IMG/VR virus record: IMGVR_UViG_2565956626_000015
Source: a virus
Taxonomy: Duplodnaviria > Heunggongvirae > Uroviricota > Caudoviricetes
DNA length: 8,254 nucleotides
Strand: one strand, 5' to 3'
The notes below the pieces were generated by a model that was not told the origin of the DNA, searched no databases, and saw only the letters and a program-made list of their open reading frames with translations. The position numbers and the translations under genes were made by a program. Below, piece by piece: positions 1 to 7,537 of the stretch (the first letter of the stretch is position 1; each line of letters opens with the position of its first letter).

Positions 1-34
1 GTTCAGTTGGTTCAGTTGGTTCAATTTGTAAAGA
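1..34. repeat. Left terminal inverted repeat, perfect 34-bp partner of 8221-8254
   Basis: Bases 1-34 (GTTCAGTTGGTTCAGTTGGTTCAATTTGTAAAGA) are the exact reverse complement of 8221-8254, compared by hand. They contain two contiguous GTTGGTTCA units (6-14, 15-23) preceded by a partial unit GTTCA. Confidence 0.9.
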
Positions 35-66
35 TCGTTGTTTTTATTGTGTTTTTTCTGAAATAT

Positions 67-117
67 TGAACCAACATCAACTCATTTTGAACCAACACAG
101 CCCAGCTCTGAACCAAC
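67..117 (+). repeat. Iteron array: three direct TGAACCAAC copies at 67-75, 88-96, 109-117
   Basis: Three exact 9-mers start exactly 21 bp apart (two helical turns), in opposite orientation to the two terminal copies at 6-23. This is typical of arrays of protein-binding sites. Confidence 0.8.
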
Positions 118-164
118 AACACAGCGATAGCTTTGTGATTGGCCCGTTATTTTCTGGCTGATAT

Positions 165-203
165 TTGAGCGTATAACAGTGTTATACAGTGGTATACTGT
201 ATG
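165..203 (+). promoter_or_regulatory. Putative promoter/operator upstream of the Mnt-like gene: three tandem 10-bp repeats
   Basis: 171-180 GTATAACAGT, 181-190 GTTATACAGT, 191-200 GGTATACTGT give ACAGT/ACTGT pentamers at 176, 186, 196. TATAACAGTGTTATA is a dyad, and -10-like hexamers TATAAC (173-178) and TATACT (193-198) lie within it. The -35 element could not be placed confidently. Confidence 0.4.
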
Positions 204-219
204 GATATTACTCACTGAT

Positions 220-663
220 ATGGTCTTTGCAATGAGCAAATCTAATCTGGTCGCGTTCCGCATCCCATCTGAATTGCAGGATGAGTTTAATCGGTCTGTT
301 CTCGCTTCTGGAGGGGATAAAACCTCCTGGCTTGTTGATGCGATTCGCATGAAGCTGGGACAGCCGGAAAAGTCTATTGATTCACGAATGCTTGGGCTGG
401 TGGAGCGCATGGAAAAAGCCGCTGCGTCGCTTATTGCCGGAAAGCCGAACATCCCACCAAAGCCATATAACGAAACGGCAGTTATAAAGATCATTGCCGA
501 TACCATCCGACAGGGGTTTGATAATGGGCGTGTGATAGCGGAACGGCTCAATGAAGCAGGCTATCAAACAAAAGCTGGTAAAGCATGGGATAAAGACATT
601 TACAGCGCGTGGAAGCGTCAGGGAAGCAATGCTGAAAAGTTATCAGTGGCTCTAAGAATGTAG
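220..663 (+). CDS. DNA-binding protein with N-terminal Arc/Mnt-type RHH domain and C-terminal serine-recombinase-type DNA-binding motif (147 aa; alternative start ATG 232)
   Basis: N-terminus (LVAFRIPSELQDEF...GGDKTSWLVDAIRMKL) fits the RHH pattern beta-strand/helix/G-x-S-T/helix seen in P22 Arc and Mnt (FNFRMPMEV...GRSMNSELL). C-terminus (VIAERLNEAGYQTKAGKAWDKDIYSAWKRQG) resembles the conserved motif of the recombinase domain of large serine recombinases. No clear Shine-Dalgarno, so the start is uncertain. Confidence 0.65.
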   Translation: MVFAMSKSNLVAFRIPSELQDEFNRSVLASGGDKTSWLVDAIRMKLGQPEKSIDSRMLGLVERMEKAAASLIAGKPNIPPKPYNETAVIKIIADTIRQGFDNGRVIAERLNEAGYQTKAGKAWDKDIYSAWKRQGSNAEKLSVALRM

Positions 664-679
664 CCCTATATTTTGATTT

Positions 680-1057
680 TTAGACGTGCTTGGAGAACAG
701 GTAGCGTGCCATCACTAAAACAATGCCAAAGACTTCAGCGAGGGTTCCCCCCATAAATAGGTTTATAACGAAATCACTAAAATGGAGCAGTTTTGCTCCA
801 ATAAGGACAAAAATCCCATTCATAACTAATAGCTGGCCTATCAGAATGCCGATAAACCACCGAGCAAACATTTTTTTCAGTTTTGTGTCTGTTTTTAAAT
901 CTTTTGTTTTTGCACGCTGATGGGCTTTGGCTGGATCCTCATCATTTAGATGTGTGAGGGTTTTTGCTGATGGTGATGAGCCAGAGGCTGGTTCACCTCT
1001 GGCTTGTCTTGCCGCTTGCTTTAGTTTTTCAGATATAGCGTAAGATCTAGACGTCAT
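680..1057 (-). CDS. Small membrane protein, 125 aa: charged Lys/Pro/Ala-rich cytoplasmic N-terminal tail plus two predicted TM helices
   Basis: Hydrophobic segments WFIGILIGQLLVMNGIFVLIGA and INLFMGGTLAEVFGIVLVMARYLF follow a roughly 60-aa hydrophilic N-terminus. Its ATG lies 3 nt after the stop of the upstream peptidase gene (TGA-GTA-ATG), indicating translational coupling. Confidence 0.7.
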   Translation of the reverse strand: MTSRSYAISEKLKQAARQARGEPASGSSPSAKTLTHLNDEDPAKAHQRAKTKDLKTDTKLKKMFARWFIGILIGQLLVMNGIFVLIGAKLLHFSDFVINLFMGGTLAEVFGIVLVMARYLFSKHV

Positions 1058-1060
1058 TAC

Positions 1061-1549
1061 TCATCGAAGCCCTAAATTCTTTAGGCGATAACGTATAGCA
1101 TCATCGGATACACCAAAATAGGAAGCCATCATTACTGGTGCATATCCTGCATTGTTGAGGCGTCGAACCTCTTTTTCTGGCATGAGAAGACATGCTGCAA
1201 AGTTATTGGCGAATATTTCTTCGCTGTCTACACCTTGGCTTGCCAGTTTTCCGCGGTAATCAACAAACTCATATTCAAGTGGCTGACCGTTCTCAGTTCG
1301 TTTGACGTAATGCCCTAACTCATGCGCACACGTAAATCGTTTGCGCACGTTACTATCATTACGATTGAGTATGATTACTGGATCTTGTTCTGGCTCTTTC
1401 AGCAATGCGCCTGAAACATCATCATCAAGCGTGGTTTCAACAACATCCAACCCTAACTCATTGGCAATCCATACTGGATCAACCGGGAATTTCCTATCGC
1501 CCCAGATATCTTTCAAGAGGGCATGTGCAGATGTATTCGACATGTTCAC
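1061..1549 (-). CDS. ImmA/IrrE-family zinc metallopeptidase (Peptidase_M78/DUF955-like), 162 aa, standalone without HTH domain
   Basis: HExxH motif in CAHELGHYV with downstream FANNFAACLLMPEKEV, characteristic of ImmA/IrrE peptidases. Strong Shine-Dalgarno (AAGGAGGTGA) sits 5 nt upstream of the ATG at 1549. Confidence 0.85.
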   Translation of the reverse strand: MNMSNTSAHALLKDIWGDRKFPVDPVWIANELGLDVVETTLDDDVSGALLKEPEQDPVIILNRNDSNVRKRFTCAHELGHYVKRTENGQPLEYEFVDYRGKLASQGVDSEEIFANNFAACLLMPEKEVRRLNNAGYAPVMMASYFGVSDDAIRYRLKNLGLR

Positions 1550-1630
1550 CTCCTTTGATTATGGTTAAATAGTCGAAATTTTCACCACTTCCCTTGTGGA
1601 TATATTTACATATAAAAGGTAACTAGTCAC

Positions 1631-1642
1631 TAACCAACACAA
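1631..1642 (+). promoter_or_regulatory. Internal iteron-like site TAACCAACACAA in the peptidase operon upstream region
   Basis: AACCAACACAA (11 nt) exactly matches the terminal iteron copy read as the reverse complement of 8144-8154. It lies in the intergenic region between the peptidase start (1549) and the divergent mini-ORF (1725). Confidence 0.3.
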
Positions 1643-1724
1643 ATCTTTTTGAAGACAGATGGGGGGTGTTGAACGGTTTTTAAATGATTTCTTTGATTTT
1701 TAACAGCAATAAGGAGCATTTTTA

Positions 1725-1778
1725 ATGAAATTAGACGTTGATAATAACTTTTTGAGCAATCTTTACATATCATGGTAG
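1725..1778 (+). CDS. Mini-ORF, 17 aa (MKLDVDNNFLSNLYISW), with strong RBS; possible leader peptide or relic N-terminus
   Basis: AAGGAG at 1711-1716 lies 8 nt upstream of the ATG at 1725. It is divergent from the peptidase operon, and no long ORF follows. Confidence 0.2.
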   Translation: MKLDVDNNFLSNLYISW

Positions 1779-2000
1779 CCTTCTATGCTGTTTTTCCAAC
1801 TAAAAGATTGGCACATTTATCCGCTGGTAGTGGCGTTTTTTCGCCGCCAGCGCCTCTCTGGTTCCATTCCTTACATCTGTTCAAATTCAGCAACCCTTGC
1901 CGCGATCTTGCCGTTATCGAGAAGCTCTTTCGCTTTTCGGTTAATACTATCGGTCTTCATATTGCCAGCAGCATACGCCATCCGATAATTTCGATGCTAC

Positions 2001-2380
2001 GCGCGCGTACTTGTCGCAAAATATCAGGCAAAGGCCAGATTCAGAAAGTCGTGATAACCACCAGCACAACATGAGAGGTCATGTAACGCGATTTATCACA
2101 CCAGATACATGTGATTGGTGTACCCGCATAAAACATCGTCATAGCGCGTCCTGTGCGCATATACGCCGATAATCAACACATCACCACCACTCTGTCTTAT
2201 GTAGAGAACAGTTTTATGGTGCTCCCCGCCATCGTGTGCGTACTGGTCGGACGCAGTTCAAAAAATTTTGCAACTGATACCCCTCGCGCGCGTACTGGTC
2301 ACGAAATTGGTGTTTTGCTGTGGCAGTGATATCAGAAAAATCTTCCTGTTTCACATAAAGCGGATATGCGCGTACTGTAA
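2001..2380. repeat. Dispersed repeat family with core GCGCGTACTGG, four copies
   Basis: GCGCGCGTACTTGTC at 2001-2015, GTGCGTACTGGTC at 2236-2248, GCGCGCGTACTGGTC at 2286-2300 and GCGCGTACTG at 2368-2377, all in a stretch lacking a convincing ORF. Confidence 0.5.
2096..2310 (-). pseudogene. Possible frameshifted remnant of a RelE/ParE-family toxin gene
   Basis: Minus-strand translation gives ...TVLYIRQSGGDVLIIGVYAHRTRYDD..., resembling the conserved RelE/ParE C-terminus (Y-R-x-x-x-x-V-x-I-L-x-V-x-H-R-x-x-Y). The upstream part is in another frame with no intact start. Hand translation only. Confidence 0.2.
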
Positions 2381-2493
2381 CGGCCCCATCAACGGGGATC
2401 GGATTTGAAATCCTGACCCAAGCTATGTACCAAATGCCATGTCTTGGATATATGATGATTGCCATTCTAAACAAAGCTAAAGGGAGGGTTGGT

Positions 2494-2844
2494 GTGAATG
2501 CTCAGGCTGTCATCATGGTTTTCCTTGGTCTGATTGTCGCAAAACTATATCCAGACTGGTGGAAAGGGGCATTAGCAACTGTCGCCATCTATTTGCTTTT
2601 ATCCGTCGTTAAGCGATCGTTCGTTAAGACCGTAAATCAAGCAAAACGTTTCTCATTTAAGAATTTAATAAACTATATTACTGGGCTTATTTTTTGCCTT
2701 TCAATTTTGATCGCTTCAGCTTTTTTGCCCGTATCAATAGCTAATTTTTTTGGCGCACCATATGAGGTAGGTTATCTATTCTCTGTTTTTTGTCTTGTTC
2801 TTTCCCTTCTTTACCTATGGATGAGAGCAAAGAACAAAAATTAG
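2494..2844 (+). CDS. Small polytopic membrane protein, about 4 TM helices (116 aa from GTG 2494; 139 aa if ATG 2425)
   Basis: Strong Shine-Dalgarno (AAAGGGAGGG, 2478-2487) precedes the in-frame GTG at 2494, whereas the ATG at 2425 has none. Four hydrophobic segments are present. It is convergent with the 701-aa gene, in the position P22-like phages use for superinfection-exclusion morons. Confidence 0.6.
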   Translation: MNAQAVIMVFLGLIVAKLYPDWWKGALATVAIYLLLSVVKRSFVKTVNQAKRFSFKNLINYITGLIFCLSILIASAFLPVSIANFFGAPYEVGYLFSVFCLVLSLLYLWMRAKNKN

Positions 2845-2858
2845 CCATCCGTGGCTAA
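2829..2858 (-). terminator. Putative intrinsic terminator after the 701-aa gene (minus strand), in the convergent gap
   Basis: Inverted repeat TTAGCCA-tccg-TGGCTAA (2841-2858) is followed on the minus strand by TTTTTGTTCTTT. The stem is short and GC-poor, so strength is doubtful. Confidence 0.3.
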
Positions 2859-2862
2859 CCAG

Positions 2863-4968
2863 TTATTGAGCTTCTTTTTGTGATGCCTGTGCGACTCTGG
2901 TGAGCGATTGTGTGACCGTACTGATCGCTCTGTCATATGCTGTGCTACCTTTTGGTGTATTTGCCAGACGTAACAAGGCATTTCGTATAACAGGGCTTTC
3001 GTATGCCTTCGCTGCTCCGCCTACGGCACCAGCAGCAGGAACAACAAACGCAGCTGTTTTTAGCATCCCCGCTAATACTGCTGCGTTTATGATGCCACCA
3101 CCAACTAACAATCCATAAAGCTGCTGACCATTTAAGTTTTGAACGTTCGCTTTTGCCGCGTGTCTTGTATCGTTGAGGTATTTAATAACGCCGTCCAGTT
3201 CCTTTCCATGTACGCCTTTAAAGAAAGTTGCTGATTGCTTCCTGTTCCGGTGTAACGCATTAATAAACTTCTCAACACTGATATTTCCAGACGGATCAGT
3301 CGCCTTATCTACAGCATTCTGAACTATGGCTGCTCGTGCGTTTTGCCTACCATTGTCATCCAGAAGCCTGTAAAGCTGAGAACGTTCTGATGGGCTTTGG
3401 CTAAAAACGAGTTTTGTTACATCCTCAGGCGTGGCCTTGCCGCTGGCTATTGCCTTTTGAACGCGCGTTCTTCCCATCATGTCATTGAATTTAGACCATG
3501 AGCGATCAACCCTTGCCATATTAATGGCTTCGTCTGCTCCAAGATTTTTGGCTACGGCTTTTTTCATATCCGCCGTATATGCCTTGTAGATAATATCGCT
3601 GGCTTTCTGGAGCGTATCTTTATCAACAGTGTCAGATGACGCCATAAATCGCTTTCGAAGATCGGTTCTGTTTTCCCTCGCCAGACGCAGGTCATTTGGT
3701 CCGCTGGTGATATCGTCTTTAAATTGCTGCAAGACTTTTACCGCGGCTCTATCCTGAGATTTGCCCGGGCGGCTTAACACGGCAATCTGATTGTCGATAG
3801 CTTTTACCGTGTTTGAGAGATCGACAGGGGTATCCCCCATAGCGTCAATTATGCGGTTATATCGCTTTCCTGCTGCCTCAATGAATTTTTGTTGCCCTTT
3901 AGTCGCAGATTCATAAAGCTGTTTATCAGAAATGCCACCCAGACCATCGCTAAATGTTCTGACTAAATTTTCTCGTGCTTGTTGTTGATTCAGCCGATTC
4001 TTACCGGTTCCAAAAAAAGGAACTCTTTCGCCTAATGTCTGAGCCTGACTCTGCATAAAGGTTTTATCTTTCAGCATGTCACTGGTCATTAACGGCAGAT
4101 TTCTTTCCGATGCAAAGTCGACAGCAGCCTTTGCTTCAGGCGACATATCACCACGAACAGCCCTCGAAACCGCACTCGCTGTATTTTCCAGCCCCTTACC
4201 AATACCACCAATGCCAGCAGAAATTACCGTTTGTAACGGATCAATATCTTCTCCACCAGCAAGGCTGGTGGCTCCCTGTAGTGCTAAATCTGTAGCTGCT
4301 GATTTTCCTATGGCACCAAGCACCGTTCCAGCCCTGCCCGCTGGTGTAAACGCCAACGCATTAGCAAGAAACGAAGTCAGGTCTTGCGGTGATAAACCCG
4401 GTTTGTTTAGGGCATAATCACCTGATGGCAGAGAAACGATAGTATTCCCCTTCTCATCCTGCCTTAATGTCGCCCCCATTCCCTGGAGAATCTTTTCCTG
4501 AGACGCGTCAGAGCCGAAAAGTTGAGACCATCCAGCCTTTAGGGCATCCATGCTTAGTGAGTTCAATTCTGGGGCAGAGGCGACATTTTGCAGTCTCTCC
4601 ATCTCTGGAGTCATTCGGCTTTCGCCTGTTATAGCATCCCGCATCGCAGCCCCAAGACTGGCTCCCTGTTCTGCTGAACGCTCAAGCCCCTCTCTTTGCT
4701 GAGTAGCTAACTTTGCATACCCTGACGCAAGAGAATTATCAGATGATGTATGTTGAATATTTTGAGTTGCTGATTGGGATCGGTCTATTTCATTCGTTGA
4801 TGGTAGTGGATAGGCAGCATAAAAAGCCTGCTTAGCCTGCTCTACACTTTCTCCGGCTTGCGGGGCCACGACTTCATTGAAGTATTGCTCCTGAGCCTGC
4901 GCTTTTTGTTCTGGTGCTAACGCCTGATACTGTGGAGAGGCGATAACATCTTTCCATGCTTTAGCCAT
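2863..4968 (-). CDS. Phage internal/ejection protein-like, 701 aa (P22 gp16-like by position and composition)
   Basis: Last gene of a four-gene coupled operon. Gln/Ala-rich with a Gly/Ala-rich hydrophobic C-terminal segment (LVGGGIINAAVLAGMLKTAAFVVPAAGAVGGAAKA). Its start overlaps the upstream stop (TAATG). Confidence 0.5.
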   Translation of the reverse strand: MAKAWKDVIASPQYQALAPEQKAQAQEQYFNEVVAPQAGESVEQAKQAFYAAYPLPSTNEIDRSQSATQNIQHTSSDNSLASGYAKLATQQREGLERSAEQGASLGAAMRDAITGESRMTPEMERLQNVASAPELNSLSMDALKAGWSQLFGSDASQEKILQGMGATLRQDEKGNTIVSLPSGDYALNKPGLSPQDLTSFLANALAFTPAGRAGTVLGAIGKSAATDLALQGATSLAGGEDIDPLQTVISAGIGGIGKGLENTASAVSRAVRGDMSPEAKAAVDFASERNLPLMTSDMLKDKTFMQSQAQTLGERVPFFGTGKNRLNQQQARENLVRTFSDGLGGISDKQLYESATKGQQKFIEAAGKRYNRIIDAMGDTPVDLSNTVKAIDNQIAVLSRPGKSQDRAAVKVLQQFKDDITSGPNDLRLARENRTDLRKRFMASSDTVDKDTLQKASDIIYKAYTADMKKAVAKNLGADEAINMARVDRSWSKFNDMMGRTRVQKAIASGKATPEDVTKLVFSQSPSERSQLYRLLDDNGRQNARAAIVQNAVDKATDPSGNISVEKFINALHRNRKQSATFFKGVHGKELDGVIKYLNDTRHAAKANVQNLNGQQLYGLLVGGGIINAAVLAGMLKTAAFVVPAAGAVGGAAKAYESPVIRNALLRLANTPKGSTAYDRAISTVTQSLTRVAQASQKEAQ

Positions 4969-6389
4969 TAATCACCCCATAGTGAAGAAAAGTTACTGCT
5001 GGCTGCTGGCTGTGATACCTGCTCAGATTGCGGCAATGTCTGCGACGAAGAAGAAGTTCCTCTGTCAACTGCTGAAATAACCCGCAAAGCATCATAAGCT
5101 CGACCAGAAGCAGCTTTCAGCGAATTGAACTGGTTTTCCATCTTCCGGCGCTTGGTATCAATGGTTTTTGTGGAGTCGCCAGGCTGAGGGAAATACATTT
5201 GATAATATTTTGACATTTCAGCAGGTACGATAGCTGCCCCTGTTTCCTGACGGAGTATTGCCATTATTGCGTCATTAGCATTAACAACGTATTGCTGCTC
5301 TGTTGGGCTGAGCGTTAAGTTAGCCAGCGTCCCATTACCCAAAGCATTATTAATGACCGCCACTCGCTGTGGGCTAAGCTGGTCTTTCAGTGTATCTATT
5401 GAATCAAGAGCATCCCTAACCCTGTATGCAAATCCAGCAGCTTTTTTAGCCCCTTCTGGCGACTTTTCCATGATCTTTTGGGCTGTTGGCAAAGCTATTG
5501 GACGAAATCCATCTCCAGATATTGGCTGGTTTAGTTTTCCCTGCTCTTCACTTCCGTCTGTGTAGTATTTTGTGACAGTGCCATCATCGTTTTCTCTAAC
5601 ACTCATTAATTTTTTGGCGTTTGTATTAATTCCAGCCGCTGCCGCAAATGCCGCCGCCCCCTCTGGATCCGCCTTTAACATTTGAGCGTACTGATTGTAA
5701 TTCTGCATTGCTGCTGTTGGTGCATATGCTGACGTTAACGCATTTGCTCGGCTAATATCCTGCCCTCTCGCCTGAAGTGCTTCGCCAGCCTGATTGCTGC
5801 GGATTGTCTCTGCCAACTTGCCACGCTCAATATCCCGACCTTCCATTTGATCTTTGATATCGAAATACTTCTCATGACCGAGAGAAAACAGTGCCATACT
5901 ACCAGCAAGCCGCTGGAACCACTGTGGATCATTAACATGCATTTCGGCAACAGACTCAGGAGAAATTCCCAAGCGACGCATTTCATCTTCGTTATCTGCT
6001 ATGAATTTTCCAAATGCCCCAGTTCCGAGCGAAGATGCGATTTGAGCACTAGTCGCAAGATGACCAATAGAATTTCTCTGGTCGTCATCAATAAAGCCCA
6101 TCCCTTTCTGAACGCTTTCAAATTCTTCTGGATACTCAGAAATAAGACTGCGCATTTTGTTTCTGTCTCCAGACTCAAAAGCCCCGGCATATGCTTTCTG
6201 AAACTCTGCTTTACGCTGTTGTTGACGTGCCTGCTGATTAATCTCAGCAACGCCTCTTAGCCCCTGTAGCGCCATTAAACCTACGTTTGGCTGCTGCTGA
6301 TACTGCACAGGCTGAGGAACGGAAGAACGAGGAGCATTATCATTTTGCGGTGCCATGCTAGGCAGCCCGCCAAGTTGCCATGTCGCCAT
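4968..6389 (-). CDS. Phage internal/ejection protein-like, 473 aa (P22 gp20-like by size and position)
   Basis: Overlaps both neighbours by TAATG start/stop. Gln-rich and largely helical in composition. Size is close to P22 gp20 as I recall it (about 471 aa). Confidence 0.5.
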   Translation of the reverse strand: MATWQLGGLPSMAPQNDNAPRSSVPQPVQYQQQPNVGLMALQGLRGVAEINQQARQQQRKAEFQKAYAGAFESGDRNKMRSLISEYPEEFESVQKGMGFIDDDQRNSIGHLATSAQIASSLGTGAFGKFIADNEDEMRRLGISPESVAEMHVNDPQWFQRLAGSMALFSLGHEKYFDIKDQMEGRDIERGKLAETIRSNQAGEALQARGQDISRANALTSAYAPTAAMQNYNQYAQMLKADPEGAAAFAAAAGINTNAKKLMSVRENDDGTVTKYYTDGSEEQGKLNQPISGDGFRPIALPTAQKIMEKSPEGAKKAAGFAYRVRDALDSIDTLKDQLSPQRVAVINNALGNGTLANLTLSPTEQQYVVNANDAIMAILRQETGAAIVPAEMSKYYQMYFPQPGDSTKTIDTKRRKMENQFNSLKAASGRAYDALRVISAVDRGTSSSSQTLPQSEQVSQPAASSNFSSLWGD

Positions 6390-7066
6390 TAGAATCCAAG
6401 CCCCCCAACAAGACCAATAAGCCCACCACCAATAGCGCCGGCCGCAGTACCTATTCCAGGAACAACGGAACCAAGTTGCGCACCCGCTAAAGCGCCTGAT
6501 GCTGCCCCACCAATACCACGCGCAAGACTGGATGGCTGCTGCGCCTGACCTGCACGAATAGCGCCAAGCCCCTGCAAGAGTTGCCCGGTATTATTGGCGT
6601 AGTTTTGCCCTGCTGTTGCCTGCCCTGATGCCGCATTCATCCCGACATTTAGCAGGTTTCCATAATTTTGCATTTGCCCACTAAGCCAATTGTTATAAAG
6701 CATGGGCGCAATGGAAGATAACTGGTTACTGGTAGCTGTTGAGCCAAGCCCCCCGGTAGCTTCTGCTGAGACAAGGTTCTGATAACGGGCCTGATCTGCC
6801 TGTGTTTTATATAAACCAGAACCAAAGAAATCATTCGCGGCTTTATTCTGCCCTTCCAGAGTCATCAGTCCTTGTAGTTGTTGTAAAGCAGGCAATCCGA
6901 CTTCTGCATACGGCTTGAGATTATTCATCACCGTATTCCACTGCTCGCGCTGCAAATCAATTGCCTGCTGCTGGGCCTTCGCCTGAGCTTTAGAGGCACC
7001 ACCATCACCGCCTTTTTCGTATACGGCACGATTGAGATGTTTATGAGCTATATGGGTAATTAACAT
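6389..7066 (-). CDS. Phage internal/ejection protein-like, 225 aa (P22 gp7-like by size and position), with Gly-zipper C-terminus
   Basis: C-terminus GGAASGALAGAQLGSVVPGIGTAAGAIGGGLIGLVGGLGF is a glycine-zipper-like membrane-active segment. Its start overlaps the stop of the upstream gene (ATGTTAA). Confidence 0.5.
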   Translation of the reverse strand: MLITHIAHKHLNRAVYEKGGDGGASKAQAKAQQQAIDLQREQWNTVMNNLKPYAEVGLPALQQLQGLMTLEGQNKAANDFFGSGLYKTQADQARYQNLVSAEATGGLGSTATSNQLSSIAPMLYNNWLSGQMQNYGNLLNVGMNAASGQATAGQNYANNTGQLLQGLGAIRAGQAQQPSSLARGIGGAASGALAGAQLGSVVPGIGTAAGAIGGGLIGLVGGLGF

Positions 7067-7521
7067 TCGCTGAGTTCCTTATATTGTTGCCGAGTTAACT
7101 GATAAAGCGTTACGCCAACTGGCTTACCACATCTGATATATGCATCGGCCAGGTGACCAACACGGGTAGCGCCAAGCAAACGGATAATTGCCCGTCCGTA
7201 TTTGGTGGTGTCAGGAACCATGGTAATGCTGTTAAGGAATGGTGAGTTTTCGAGAAGCCATTTGCAGAATAATCGATGCCCTTGCAGTGCATATTCACCA
7301 CGGAATCCGGGGTCGTACACCGCATGGCATTCAACAACGCTATGCCAGAAGTTACGCACTTCATGAACGCCAGCCAGCACTAATCCTTCGTAGATGCCGA
7401 GATATACCGCATCAGGCTTGATGTAGTACGTGTGCCCCGGCTCAACAATATTTTCGGTATTGCCTGGCTCGTTAAGAAAGGCCTGTAATCGCACAGGGTT
7501 ATCAATAAATTTTAGTTCCAT
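7060..7521 (-). CDS. Hypothetical protein, 153 aa; positional equivalent of P22 gene 14, or alternatively an SOS-controlled antirepressor-like protein
   Basis: ORF is translationally coupled to the downstream 225-aa gene and starts 16 bp after the Arc-like ORF. No recognisable catalytic motif. Confidence 0.6.
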   Translation of the reverse strand: MELKFIDNPVRLQAFLNEPGNTENIVEPGHTYYIKPDAVYLGIYEGLVLAGVHEVRNFWHSVVECHAVYDPGFRGEYALQGHRLFCKWLLENSPFLNSITMVPDTTKYGRAIIRLLGATRVGHLADAYIRCGKPVGVTLYQLTRQQYKELSEC

Positions 7522-7537
7522 GCGATGCCATCCATTT

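Noticed and set aside
190-215. Second LexA box at the left promoter (TACTGTAT half-site at 194-201)
   Set aside because: Only one half-site matches; the position 8 nt downstream holds TACT rather than ACAG.
147-567. Minus-strand ORFs 147..551 (134 aa) and 382..567 (61 aa)
   Set aside because: Antisense shadow ORFs lying entirely within the Mnt-like gene and its promoter; no RBS and no recognisable motifs.
723-920. Plus-strand ORF of 65 aa inside the 2-TM protein gene
   Set aside because: Shadow ORF on the opposite strand of a well-supported coupled gene.
1341-1568. Plus-strand ORF of 75 aa overlapping the ImmA-like gene
   Set aside because: Antisense to a gene with a strong RBS and conserved HExxH motif; low-complexity serine-rich translation.
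1772-2074. Plus-strand ORFs of 100 and 67 aa
   Set aside because: No RBS, low-complexity translation, and they overlap the repeat-bearing decayed region; more likely non-coding.
2214-2474. Minus-strand ORF of 86 aa
   Set aside because: Its start lies inside the better-supported plus-strand membrane protein gene, and its frame is interrupted relative to the RelE/ParE-like motif. Treated as part of a pseudogene remnant, not an intact gene.
2900-7421. Ten short ORFs nested in the large minus-strand genes (2900..3118, 4076..4417, 4110..4295, 5353..5565, 5735..5986, 5847..6260, 5999..6250, 6649..6834, 7110..7364, 7239..7421)
   Set aside because: All are alternative-frame or antisense ORFs inside long coupled genes; none has an RBS or distinctive protein features.
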